Shown here piece by piece: positions 13,261 through 25,358 of a DNA stretch of 35,367 nt. Source of the DNA: Octopus bimaculoides. Lineage: Eukaryota. The notes under the pieces were generated by a model. It saw nothing but the letters and a program-made list of their open reading frames with translations, had not been told where the DNA came from and did not search any database. The stretch covers positions 175,406,331-175,441,697 of the forward strand of contig NC_068981.1 in NCBI RefSeq assembly GCF_001194135.2, read 5' to 3'. Numbering within the stretch: the first letter of the stretch is position 1; each line of letters begins with the position of its first letter. A program made the position numbers and the translations under genes.

Positions 13261-13355
13261 TTAATTCCTACATATGTTTCAAAATATATGTGCACCCTAC
13301 TCCAAAGAAGAAAGAGGTGCTGAAAATGCACATAAATTCATCGTCAGGGAACCAA
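13261..13355 (-). ncRNA. Type I hammerhead ribozyme (palindromic helix III, long helix II)
   Basis: Minus strand: UUGGUUCC-CUGACGA-U-GAAUUUAUGUGCA[32-nt loop]UGCACAUAUAUUUU-GAA-ACAUAUGU-A-GGAAUUAA. All invariant core nucleotides are present. Helix I is 8 bp with two G.U pairs, helix II has an 8-bp perfect inner stem, and the cleavage triplet is GUA. Confidence 0.7.
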
Positions 13356-13704
13356 CACACATAAGCAAGACATGCGCTAAATGCTAAGGTTGCGTACGAG
13401 TTATAGCATTATACAGCTAAGTAAATGACCGTTAGAAACAAGAACGCTAGTTTACAGGGAGCTGTTAAGGGAGAGAGGCTATGAACACTATACTAAAAGT
13501 TTAAATTAAAGGAAGGCATAATGGACCGCAGTAAAATTCAAAAAATCTAAAGTTCAAAAGAATGGTAAACAATGGTAAACAAAAAAACCAGTAAAGGAGG
13601 AAGGGAGAGAATCCAATGAATTCATTATATATTACTGCTTGTGTAAACAAACTTATATACTGAGGTAAAATTAAGCAAAGATTGTGAATATAATTAATTA
13701 AACA

Positions 13705-13777
13705 GAATGTAAAGACAGACGAAATGCCGCTTAGCATTTTTCCCGGCGTGCTAACTGTTCTTCCAGCTTACCGCATA
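13705..13777 (-). mobile_element. SINE family C 5' fragment
   Basis: GACGAAATGCCGCTTAGCATTT...CCGGCGTGCTAAC matches the family C head. Confidence 0.7.
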
Positions 13778-14700
13778 AATAATAATAACAACAATAATAA
13801 TTAACATAGAATAGGATATAATATTTTAGTATGATTATGTAAGAATCATTTGATAACAGTTATTCAGCATTGCCATTTTTGGCTAAACAATCGGTAGGAA
13901 TTGTGTAAGCCAGTAAAATTTGTAGCCAGTGACCCGAGTCTAGGAACGGAAGAGAGATCCAAGTCGGCTGCTTTCGCTTAGATTAGACAGGCAATAAATC
14001 GCGTATTGTTATATAGCTATGTAACTTCCATCTTTATATCTGTAATATATCTCTCTCTTCCTTTCTCTCTTCCTTTCTCTCTTCCCCTTCTCTCTCTCCA
14101 TCTCTCTACTCTCTCCCATCTCACTGAATGAAAGAGATGACGTAAGAAGTAAGTTAAAACTTCTTAGACAAGATTTCCTAACCAAAATGATTAATTAACT
14201 TGCAGAGTAGCAAATGTTCCAACTGTCTAAGAAGGCAAAGATCGATAAAAAATAAATCATTTCTGGAATTGTCATGCACAGTGAAGTGGAATCTATTTCT
14301 GTGGTGTCAGCAACGAATGAACTTCAGGCATATTGGACTCAAGAAAGAGCAACTCTGCCAAAAAATAAAAGATAGATTAATAAAATCACGACAGCACGAG
14401 AATCAATAGTGTAGAGGACATATTATTTTTAAGTCACTGGGGACAATTCTATATTTTTATAAAATTAAGATTTAGTTAATATTTAAATATAAGCACTAAA
14501 AATGTTAATAATTCTATATCTGTTAATATCATTTTGTAAAATGGGTGGTAAATACCAAAAGACTTGAACGCTGTGAAAAGTTATTTTTAGCAATCATGTT
14601 ACATATATTTGCATGACAATAGACTCTTGGTTCAAATCTGTAAAGGACGTTGCAAATCATTGTACGTAGTTGATGAAATAAGTAATCGTTATACTGATGA

Positions 14701-14906
14701 TTTCAAATTTTGCCACAAGGGCAGCATTTCTGAAGGAGGAGTAAGTCGATTACATCGACCTCTGTGTTCAACTTATTTTTATCCATCTCGAAAGGATGAA
14801 AGGTTGAGTCAACCTCAGCGGAATTTGAACTCAGAACGTAGCGACGAGTTAAATACCGCTAGGCATTTCGTCCGGCGCGCTTACAATTCTGCTAGCTCGC
14901 CGCCTT
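14701..14906 (-). mobile_element. SINE family C, first copy of a tandem pair
   Basis: Full alignment to the adjacent copy at 14926-15135. Confidence 0.9.
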
Positions 14907-14925
14907 AGTTATCATTATAATAATT

Positions 14926-15135
14926 ATTTCAAATGTTTGCCACAAGGGCAGTTTGGGGGAAGTAGGGATGAGTCGATTACATCGACTCCAGTTTTCAACT
15001 AGTACTTATTTTATCGACCCCGAAAGGATGAAAAGTAAAGTATACCCCGGCGGAATTTGAACTCAGAAAATAGCAACTTGCGAAATACTACTAAGCATTT
15101 CGTCCAGCGTGCTAACGATTCTGCCAACTCGCTTC
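14926..15135 (-). mobile_element. SINE family C, second copy of a tandem pair
   Basis: GCCACAAGGGCAG...GTCGATTACATCGAC...GGAATTTGAACTCAGAA shared with the preceding copy. Confidence 0.9.
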
Positions 15136-16248
15136 ATTAGTAATTTTTATAATAATGATTGCATAATTTGTTTGCAGTCTGTATCGTAATTACCTGTCTG
15201 GTTTGCTACCCCCCACCTGCTCTCTCTCTCCCTCTCTCCCTTCGTACTTATGTATATATTAATATGTTTCCATGTATTGAGGTCGATTGTGAGGTGTCTC
15301 ATGATTGCTGCTGGTAACATGGAACCTTGTACAACTCGTTGCATGGTCAAGTCATCGGCGACTAAAGCGACATCCCCACTAAGCTAGCCTGGTGAAGAGG
15401 GTTGCTAGAAACCCAACAGGACTAAAAATAAAACCTGTCAAAAGTAGAAAAGCCCAATGTTAGATTCAATGACTTTCTAGCATGGGCTCTTAGGAATTCT
15501 ACATTGGTTCCCGGTGTGTTGGAAGACCATAGATTACGATTTTATATGAAAAACAAAATGGTGATACAGCACACATACATACTGATACACATCAAATATA
15601 TCTACAAGAGGGATCTCGAAATTTCCAAACAAAAAAAAAATGTGATTTTCTTTTCACATCATATTCCGATATAATCGTAATTTACACTCTCTGAAACGTA
15701 AATGCTTATCTAAAAATAACCCACTTTCCTGAAAATTATGACAAAACAAAGTCTACTCGAGTGAATTTTCGAGAACTCTTCTCCCCACTCTTTCGGAAAA
15801 TTAATTTTCACAACAAATTCCGACTTCGTAGGAATCTAGACATTCTGAAGTGTGTTTGTGGAGAATTTCATCAATGAATATTCTTTTTCTAGAAGTTATA
15901 TAGAAACAAAGTCAGTGGAGCACACTTGTGTATATCTGCGCATTGCTTTAACATAAGTAATATTAAAATTTGATTGCTTTTATATATCTACATATCGGTT
16001 TGCTTCGCTTCACTTTCATTTTCTATGTAAAAATATTTAATTATATAACTGCATGCTATATATAAACAAATAATATACTTTTTTCATTCGGTTTGCATTA
16101 AAAAGGTGAGAATAATGTGAATGAGATGGGTTCAATTTTTCACTACACTTAGATGTAGATGGGATAATGGCATTTATTATGACATTGAGTTTAGTAATGA
16201 ATACTAACTGTACAAAAAACGCATTGAAGTGTGTGTGTGCGCGTGCGT

Positions 16249-16281
<33 letters not shown>

Positions 16282-17936
16282 CATTAAACGTTATTAGCAG
16301 TATTTAGGTACTAATGTTACATTGTTTTATAAATGCTCGTTCTTTAACAGAATTGTATTTCAACTTATGCTGTGTTTCCCATTACGGACGTTTGTGCTTC
16401 CATTATGTTGCATGTCTTGCCAGCACTCCTCCTACATGCATGCCATATGTATACTCTTGTATAAACGTATAAACACAATAGGAGTATATGATACAATGAT
16501 ATCAAATTAATGTTAAACATGCTATCTTAAATATAGCGTGTTCGCAATAATACATACAGAAATACAAACCGTTAATAACTAATTCCTGTTTCGATCTATT
16601 AAATGTTTATTTCTATATTGTTTTGCCTTTTCTAAACTTCTTTCTTGAATATATATTTATATTTTAATGGAATATAATATTACATATTTCGGTCATAAAA
16701 CAATGGTGCATGCACTACTATTGTTATAGTGAAATATTCAGCAGAATCACCTTTTCTCTGTAATTTACAGGCTTAATGCAAATATAAAAAACATTTGTAT
16801 GAATGTATGTATGTATGTATGTATGTATGTATATTTGTATGTATGTGTTATGTCTCAAGCTACTGCTATCTAGCACCTTCGGATGATCTCTACTCAACCG
16901 CTACACAACTGCTACTCGACTGCTACTCAACAGCTACTCAACACTCCTATCGCGGCCAGACTACCTCTATTTGTATGTCTTGGGAGCTACTACTTCTTCG
17001 CCTATGGGCGTCGATACAACAGTATATGTACATGCATATACAAATACACGCATATATATATATATAGCGAAAGGCTAAACCGTGATTCTCAGACGAAGAA
17101 ATTAGCTATTCGGTGGAAACTTATTTTCAGATTTTAAATAGAGAACATACTAAAGTTAGACACTCTTACAGAATGCATCTAGTTTCGGCATTTTGAAGCA
17201 CTCTCCCTTATACATATGTGAATATGTGCGTGTGTGTTTACGTGTCCCTGTTTTATTCATGCATGTACGTACGTACGCACGTACGTACGTATGTATGTAT
17301 GTATGTATGTATATATTATATACCCATATAATTTCAAGCTAATTTTCCTAAAGAAATATTGATTTGTAAATTACCGACTGATGATGGGTCAAATAAAATT
17401 GACCAAAGCGATATTGACCTTATCATTGAAGCCAAGTACGAAAGGGTATCTAAACAGGTTTTGCAAGGTATCTACTACATTTATCAGTCTTCAAATACTA
17501 GATATTATCATCAATACGGTTATGTATGAGTATGTGACAATATACGCGTACATCTAAACTGCATACAGACTATGTATGCAGAAATACGTGTACATTTCTA
17601 ATGATGACTATGTGTGAATAGGAATGCGTGTTAGTGTGTTGCATTATGGGTGTATGCGTGTAAACATGTACTTATTTGTTTATCAAATACAAGCAGACAT
17701 GAAAATCAAACGTTCCTTTGCTCCAAGGGTGTCTTTAGTGATGATGGTGTCATGGCGATAAAATGCCAAATAATTCCAAAACCAGACGTTGTAATGAATT
17801 CAACTACTCAACTATACAACGCGCTGATATACCCACATTCATGCGCTCGCTCACACACGCCGTACATATATGAATTTATACATAACTCCACACACCCTGA
17901 AATATATACATACATACATACATACACACACACACG

Positions 17937-17987
<51 letters not shown>

Positions 17988-18925
17988 CTATATATATATA
18001 TATATAAATTTGTGTAGGTGTGTGTAGGTATAGAATATATATTTGTATGCGTGTTAGTATTCGTTAAATATTATGAATATACATGTGTATATGTATCTAT
18101 GTATATGCATAATATATACTCACACATATACATGTATATGCATAGTATTTAAACAATACAGACACGCGTGCGAATATAGGTATGTATATCTATGCGTATA
18201 TGTATGTATGATAACAAAATTCAAGAATACTCTGGAGAGAGATTTCCAGAATCCGCACTGCAGAAGCCTAGATGGCATAAACAAATCCCAAAGCTTTGTA
18301 TATCTTAATATCAAGATTTCATTTCCCTTCAAACGAATGTAAGACAAATAAGGCAAGTGAGATAGAGTGAAAGAGTGTGTATCTACGAGAGTGAAAGAGT
18401 GTGTTTCGGGGAGGTGGGTTTCTCGGTATGTATTTGTGTTTGTCAGTACAGTTATAGATCCGCGTATATTTGTGTGTGAAGTGAGAGAAATGAGGCTCGT
18501 GAAGTAGAACAGATCAGAAAAGGAATGAACCAGAATATAAAACCATCAATGAATAAAACAAACGGTAAAAAAAGTGGGAAATGAAAAATGAATGTAAAAA
18601 AACACGTGGTGATTAGTTCTGGTTTTGACTTAAGCAAAGTGCGTCATTTGGCCACAGTAAAAGCCTGTATATTGGTATATTGTAAACAATAGTTTAATTG
18701 GTAAAATGTATAAAATAGGTAAAGAGCTCAAAACACTGTGATATCTCCATCAACTAGGTTGCCAATTTACTTTTTCTTTTTTACAATACCAGATGTACAT
18801 TGCAGGAATGCACAGCGGTTTTAGTTTATACAACTCCTAGAAGTGGAATCATGTGTGAATGTGTTCCGTGGGTATGTGCTTCTCTATGTGTTGAAGACAT
18901 AAGTACATATATATGTCTATATATA

Positions 18926-18961
<36 letters not shown>

Positions 18962-19387
18962 TGTATGTATGTATGTATGTATATATATATATATATATAT
19001 ATANNNNNNNNNNNNNNNNNNNNNNNNNNNNNNNNNNNNNNNNNNNNNNNNNNNNNNNNNNNNNNNNNNNNNNNNNNNNNNNNNNNNNNNNNNNNNNNNN
19101 NNNNNNNNNNNNNNNNNNNNNNAAAAATGTAAGAAAAATGTTAGAAAGATGTTATAAAATCTTTTTGGTATATAAACATTGTATTTTGAGAAATAACCGG
19201 TTTCGTGTTGTCTTTTCAAATTTCTCTACTTCATTGTGTCGTGTTCCACACACGCACACACATATATGTACATATATATATACATACATATAATGTGTGT
19301 GCGTGTGTGTCTGTGTATACAAGCGCACACACATGCACACATACACACACACACACACACGCACACATTTATATATACATATATATA

Positions 19388-19818
19388 TAGGGCGATTGAA
19401 AAGTAACTCCCTATTTTAAAATACTTATTAATTATTTATTAATTGTAATTTTTTTCAAACATTTGTGTTTTTTTATTTTATATTTTTATATATGAAAATT
19501 TAATCTGTATTCGGATTGCTCTTATCGTTCGTGAATAGCTGAATGCCCACTTCCCAAGGAGACAAATGGGTCGTTGTGGTCCGATGAGTGGCCAGTCAGG
19601 AGTTCCGACTTAGCATCCCACAAGAGTTTCTGGTGTAACCAGTTGACGCAATTCCTGGGCGACTCAAGAAGCTGGTAGCGACATCTGGAGACAATATCGA
19701 ATTTTAAACCTCATACTAAAAGATTTCTTCGCATATCTATATTTATTTTGGTAAAAATTACAAATAATAAATAATTTATAAATATTTAAAAATAGAGAGT
19801 TACTTTACAATCACCCCG
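19388..19818 (+). mobile_element. Internally deleted Tc1/mariner-superfamily DNA transposon (MITE-like, about 430 bp)
   Basis: TIRs of about 30 bp: GGGCGATTGAAAAGTAACTCCCTATTTTAAA and its reverse complement TTTAAAAATAGAGAGTTACTTTACAATCACCCC, with TA on both sides. Internal remnants VRE*LNAHFPRRQMGRCGP/EWPVRSSDL and IPGRLKKLVATSGDNIEF* resemble the transposase WIGR.GP..WPPRSPDL motif and C-terminus. Confidence 0.85.
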
Positions 19819-19824
19819 TACACA

Positions 19825-19875
<51 letters not shown>

Positions 19876-20733
19876 CAGTAAATGTAAGATACAAAAAATG
19901 TACATATGTATGCATACAAAGAAGTCCGAATTACACAGACTAACAATGATATCAGGAATTAAAGCGGTTGAGTAAGACTCCATTTTTAAGCTCCATTCTG
20001 TCAACACCTCAAATCTAAAACTCTTCTCTGAAGATGGAGGCAGGTGTTATCCGATGATGGACTCAAATTACAATCATCATTATTTTGATGATATATATAT
20101 ATNNNNNNNNNNNNNNNNNNNNNNNNNNNNNNNNNNNNNNNNNNNNNNNNNNNNNNNNNNNNNNNNNNNNNNNNNNNNNNNNNNNNNNNNNNNNNNNNNN
20201 NNNNNNNNNNNNNNNNNNNNNNNNAGGAAGCAAACTATGTCAATGTTAAATACGTGATGTTGCAATTACATGAGCTAACCGGTGACATCTAAGTTGGAAC
20301 AAGATCTACAAAAACTAATAAGATAAATTCCTCTTAAATTCCATGCAACTTTTGAACGATTGTAGTTCTCAGGTTTGCACAGGACTTTGTCACCTTATTT
20401 TACTTCGCCCGTAGACAGGAACTGTCTTTCTATCACTTCAATTTCAAACGAATATATGAAAAACTGTTTGCTTGAATATGTAGTCATGCGTATGCCAGTT
20501 GTTAAGATGGCTTCCGTATTGCGTTTTCAAAGTTTTCTTTTCTCTTTTCTTTCTTTTTTTTTTGCATCTACTGTATAAGCATTAGGTCAAACGCATAAAA
20601 TTGAGTTATGATTCTACCTTTCAGAGGCAATAGGTCGTTAGCAATATAACAGTTGTGATAATAGCAGTAACCGGAAATGGAAACTGCCTCCAAGTCACAA
20701 ATATATGAGAACTCACCTCTTTACGCTACTTAC

Positions 20734-20792
20734 CATCGATATATTTTTTAGCAACAAATAACCGTTCAGCTGATGTAATGATGGCTAACATT
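20734..20792 (-). CDS. Candidate 59-nt exon of an unidentified gene (MLAIITSAERLFVAKKYID)
   Basis: Acceptor TTTTTTCTTTCCAG and donor G|GTAAGT; only one of three frames is open. No homology recognised. Confidence 0.4.
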
Positions 20793-21189
20793 CTGGAAAG
20801 AAAAAACTATCGGATGAAAGGTCGTTTTGAACTGTAAAACGTATCGCTCATGCACTTCGGAGATACATTATGGATTTAACGAGATACACACAATAGGTTT
20901 AGTTATCGTTTCAACACGAGCAAACGCTGTATAAAGAGGGAATATTTACATCCGAATATTCAGCATCATGATTGGAGACAGAGCGGTGATTTGAAACATG
21001 ATTAGAAGAACATCTAACCGGGATATGATTTGCAATAAGATATCAAAAGGATTTATATAATTGTTGGGTAAATAGCGTCTAACTCTTTCAGAAATAAATG
21101 TTTTCAAGGATATATGCGAGCGCGCGTATGTCTTTATCCGGTTCTCGCTTTCTTTCTCTCTCCCCTCTCTTTCTCTGCATATATATTAT

Positions 21190-21385
21190 CTTTTACTTGT
21201 TTAAGTCATTGGACTGCAGCCATAATGGGGCACTGCCTTGAAGCGTGTCATCAAACAAATCACCTCCAGTTCTTTTTTTTTTCTTTTTGAAGTATGTCAC
21301 TTATTCTACCGTTCTCTTTGGCTGAACCACTAGGGTACAGGGACTTAAACAAACTGATGCCGGTTGTCAAGTGATGGTGGAGAAC
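21190..21385 (-). mobile_element. Diverged SINE family A 3' half
   Basis: TTTTACTTGTTTAAGTCATTGGACTGCAGCCAT...CCGGTTGTCAAG matches the family A tail. Confidence 0.75.
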
Positions 21386-21391
21386 AAGCAT

Positions 21392-21433
<42 letters not shown>

Positions 21434-21461
21434 TATTATGTGTGTTTCTGTTTGTGTGCGC

Positions 21462-21615
21462 GCAAGTCGGAATGGTTAAAGTAGCTCGTTTCGCAATCAC
21501 GAGATACTTGGTTCGCCTCAACTGCGTGTCGTTTTCTTAAGTGATTTTTGCTTTATACAGCATCGAGTCGACTCATACTTTGTGAGTTAAATTGGACAGA
21601 AATATGGAGGCCTGT
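21462..21615 (+). mobile_element. Old tRNA-headed SINE 5' fragment
   Basis: A-box-like GTCGGAATGGTTAAA and B-box-like GGTTCG; CTTTGTGAGT.AAATTGG resembles the family A body. Confidence 0.5.
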
Positions 21616-22981
21616 CACACGATTTAATTTTTCCTAAATTGAAAAAGTTGAAGCTGTATCACTTTGATTCTCTCTGTGAGTTGTGTTCAGAATATACGTG
21701 TCTGTGGAATGCCTTCTCCTTACAGGCTAATTCAAAATATGTACGTATGTATATTTATATATATATANNNNNNNNNNNNNNNNNNNNNNNNNNNNNNNNN
21801 NNNNNNNNNNNNNNNNNNNNNNNNNNNNNNNNNNNNNNNNNNNNNNNNNNNNNNNNNNNNNNNNNNNNNNNNNNNNNNNNNNNNNNNNNNNNNNNNNNNN
21901 NNNNTTTATATATTCACTATGTACATATGTATGTATGCATGAATGTATGTATGTATGTATGTATATATGTATGTATGTATGTTTGTATGTGTATAGTGGT
22001 GGATTTTGGAAATCATCCCCGTGTTCCGTCATAAAATATTCATTTGCGTAATATAGTCTTTTTGTAGAATTTTTATCTCTTTTTTCCTTTTTTGTTTTTG
22101 AAACATAATTCAATGATAAAAGAAAGAAAAACAAACAAAAAATATGAAAATTGATATGAGTTAATAACTGAATGGCTACGGCCAGTTGCATCAAAAGCGA
22201 ACATGGTGGGTAAAATATAACGCTTGAAGTTCTGTGTTGTTGTTCAGATTCATTATTTTGTTCTTTTAAGACATGTAATTTAGTAGATAACAAATATGGG
22301 AGTAAAAAATGCAATAAGTTGAATAGTTACGAACGATTGTGCATTTCGAATGGAGAATATATATGGGACGGAGCGAGGCAACAAATTGCAAAAATATGAA
22401 ATTTTGAAGAATATCTTGTCACTATAGCGATTTCCGTTGCTTAAAAACATTGAGTTTTACTTATTCAGAATCTCAGTAATTTAGATGTATGCATGTGTAT
22501 GTTTGTACGTATGTATTTATGTGTGTGTAGTGTGCGTGGGTGTGTATGTGTGTGTGAGAGTGTATGCGTTTGTGTGTGAGCGCACAAACTAATATGAAAT
22601 TGAAATGCTTCCAGCATCCTCTTTTATCTTCACTATTCACATCATCTAGAAACCCCAAAACATTCAAGATAATTAAAAAATATAACTCTCCAATAGAAAG
22701 TTTTACCTGTTGTATCATCTTATTTCAGCGAAGGACTCTGTGGTTTTATGAGATGCATCACATGATAATTTGTAGGCAATGATAAGTGTCACATCAAAGG
22801 TTAAATTCTGTAAAAACCAATGTTGATTTTTTTCCCTCAAGACTTTGACATATTTGTTTTCTTGTATATTTTCTTAGAATTTTAATTAGGCTCGTGGGCG
22901 ACAAAGCTTCTTTTACTTTATAGTGTTTATTTTTGTTTCCAGTAACGAGGATTTAGGATTTCGCGCACCAAAACGAATTTT

Positions 22982-23185
22982 GGCGAATTGGCAGAACCGA
23001 TACCGCGCCGGGTGAAATGCTCTGTAGCATTTCGTTCGTATATACGTTCTGAGTTCCAACTCCGTAGAAGTCAGCTTTGCCTTTCATCCTTTTGGAGTCG
23101 ATAAATAAGTACCATTCGGGTACTGGGGTCGATGTAGTCGACTTATCCCAGATCAGAACTTCCGGGCTTTGTACCAAAAATTAAA
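22982..23185 (+). mobile_element. SINE family C
   Basis: TGGCGAATTGGCAGAA head and GCCTTTCATCCTTTTGGAGTCGATAAATAAGTACC body. Confidence 0.88.
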
Positions 23186-23336
23186 ATCAATATTATGCAT
23201 TTGTTCGTTCAGCAACTCAATTATTTAGAGAATTAATAGAAATATCTGCAAAATTCAATGATATCAGCTCTCAGGCTCTTGAAGCTGAATACGTAATAAT
23301 TCATTGAATATTCTTTCTACTACAGAAAGTGGGTAG

Positions 23337-23575
23337 AGACGCATGGCTTAGTGGTTAGAGTGTTGGACTCTGTTGCTTGGAATCCTGGTCCGGGCGACGC
23401 GTAGTGATTTTGAGTAAAACATGTCATTTCACGTTGCTCCAGTCCACTCAGCAGGTAAAAATGAGCAATCCTGCGACGGACAAGCATCCCGTCCAGTGGG
23501 GAATATACATGCCATAGAAACCGCGAAACCGGCCTTATCAGTCTATGTGACGCGGGAAGAAACTTTACTTTACTT
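23337..23575 (+). mobile_element. tRNA-derived SINE, family D
   Basis: A box TGGCTTAGTGGTTAGAG, then GCTCCAGTCCACTCAGC and CCTGCGACGGAC...CCCGTCCAG body segments; ends in (ACTTT)n. Single copy in the window, so the family is inferred from motif resemblance. Confidence 0.6.
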
Positions 23576-23584
23576 CTACAGAAA

Positions 23585-23782
23585 CTGGGCCTAAAATTTG
23601 GGAGGGAACGCGACTAGTCGATAACATAAACCCAAGTGCTCAACAAGTACTTATTCTCTCGACACCTGAAAAATGAAAAGCAAAGTCGAAATCTATGGAT
23701 TTTAAGTTCAAAATGTAGACAGCTGGAAGAAATGCTACAAAGCATTTTGTCTACCGTCTTAAGCGATCTGCAAGCTCGCTGC
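23585..23782 (-). mobile_element. Diverged SINE family C
   Basis: AAGTACTTATT...AAAGCAAAGTCGA...GAAATGCTAC.AAGCATTTTG matches the other copies. Confidence 0.75.
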
Positions 23783-23959
23783 ATTTTGGATAAAATTTGA
23801 GATGCCAGAAATACCACCAAGGTAATTTTTCCTTTTCTTAAAGCATTGTGCCAAACCTCTAACTTCATCCATGCATTTCTCATGAAGCTTACGTACATCA
23901 GATGTAAAATAACAACACACTAAAATTGAAAGTGGATTATTACCACTTATAATATTGGT

Positions 23960-24164
23960 TTTAAATTTTGACGTAAGACCAGCAATTTCGAGGCACTTGG
24001 TTAGTTGATTACATCAGTGCTAAGCAGGTACTTATTTTATCGACTCCGAAAGGAGCAAGAGTAAAATCGACCACGGTGGAATTTGAACTTAGAATATAAA
24101 AACGGATCAAATCCCGCTACGTATTTTGCCCAACGTGCTAACGATTCCGCCAGCTCGTCGCCTT
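23960..24164 (-). mobile_element. SINE family C (left member of head-to-head pair)
   Basis: Ends in GCTAACGATTCCGCCAGCTCGTCGCCTT. Confidence 0.88.
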
Positions 24165-24191
24165 ATTTCTGCTTCTAATATTTCCAAACGT

Positions 24192-24406
24192 AAAGGCAGC
24201 CAGCGAGTTCTCAGAATCGTTAGTACGTAGGGCAAAATGCTTAACATTTCATCCGTCTATACGATCTAAGTTCAAATTCCACCGAAGCCGACTTTGCCTT
24301 TCATCCTTTCGGGGTCGATAAAATAAGTACTAGAGTATCACTGGGACCGATGTTATCGACTCCCCACCTCCTTTGAAATTGCTGACCTTGTGCCAACATC
24401 TCAAAT
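24192..24406 (+). mobile_element. SINE family C (right member of head-to-head pair)
   Basis: AAGGCAGCCAGCGAGTTCTCAGAATCGTTAG...GCCTTTCATCCTTTCGGGGTCGATAAAATAAGTAC. Confidence 0.9.
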
Positions 24407-25358
24407 CATTATTACCATATGTATTTACTACACTAATTATGGTGCACTAAGACTTAAATATGTAGTTTTGTAGCAACAGGGAATGTGTTACATAAATTTT
24501 AATATCAGATAGAGTTTGGGGCATCTGTCGATGGACAAAGAGACTAGTTATGTTTGACCGTAGTGCCGGCGAAACTTGAGAATCACCTCTATTTCTCCTT
24601 TATATCACTTTTAGATTCTATACCTCTGTTGAGGCATTCTCATGAAGGTCACCTGCTTTCAAATTAATATTTTAAAACATAAAAGTTCACATACATACTT
24701 GTGTATGTATGTGCGTTTGTAGTATGTATATGTGCGTTTGTAGTATGTATATGTACAATGTGCTCATGTCCATACCTGTGTGTATGTGCGTGTATGTTTG
24801 TGTATGTGTGACTGTGTGTGTGTGAGTATGTATGTATGCATGTGTATATTTATGTACATCCTTTGTCGATTTACATGCGTGTTTGTGTAAGTATGCGAAT
24901 TCAGCTACTTACAATGGGAATCGTTCATTATACGACTGCTTTATATGATGCTAAATAATTCATGACATCATCTGGCGTCCAGTTACCTGTATGATCCGGG
25001 TACTCCAGCTCAGAATATTAGACAATCTCGCTCGATTTTCTGAGTTAAAACTTGCTTACCGAATTCTCTTCCCTGACACTCCGGCTAGGTTGACGGCTCG
25101 TGTTGGTCGATCGCATTCCACATGGTCACGACAGACGAGGATGTACACCGCAGAGATGGGGACTGACTAGGATTCTCTTCGACGAGGCACCCGAGAGGAG
25201 CCGAAGATGTACCGATAAATGGTGAGCGCAGCAACGGGATGCAAGGGCGCATGCCTCTAGAGCTGACCTTACCTGATTTAGTTGATGGCAATCGGATAAG
25301 TATTCTCTGAAACATTTAATAAAATGCGAATCCATCTCTAGGGTTTATATTTGTAGCA

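Noticed and set aside
14200-14409. Unique-looking ORFs (e.g. ISGIVMHSEVESISVVSATNELQAYW)
   Set aside because: No compatible splice sites or recognisable domain.
15147-15440. Minus-strand ORF MQRVVQGSMLPAAIMRHLTIDLNTW with GC-richer context
   Set aside because: In-frame stops right after the nearest acceptors; more likely a repeat fragment.
17370-17415. CTGATGA followed by a GGTCAA/TTGACC hairpin
   Set aside because: GAAA is missing (AAAG) and no helix I or III; at best a dead relic.
20028-20060. CTGAAGA-T-GGA...TCC-GA
   Set aside because: Second core strand is GATG, not GAAA.
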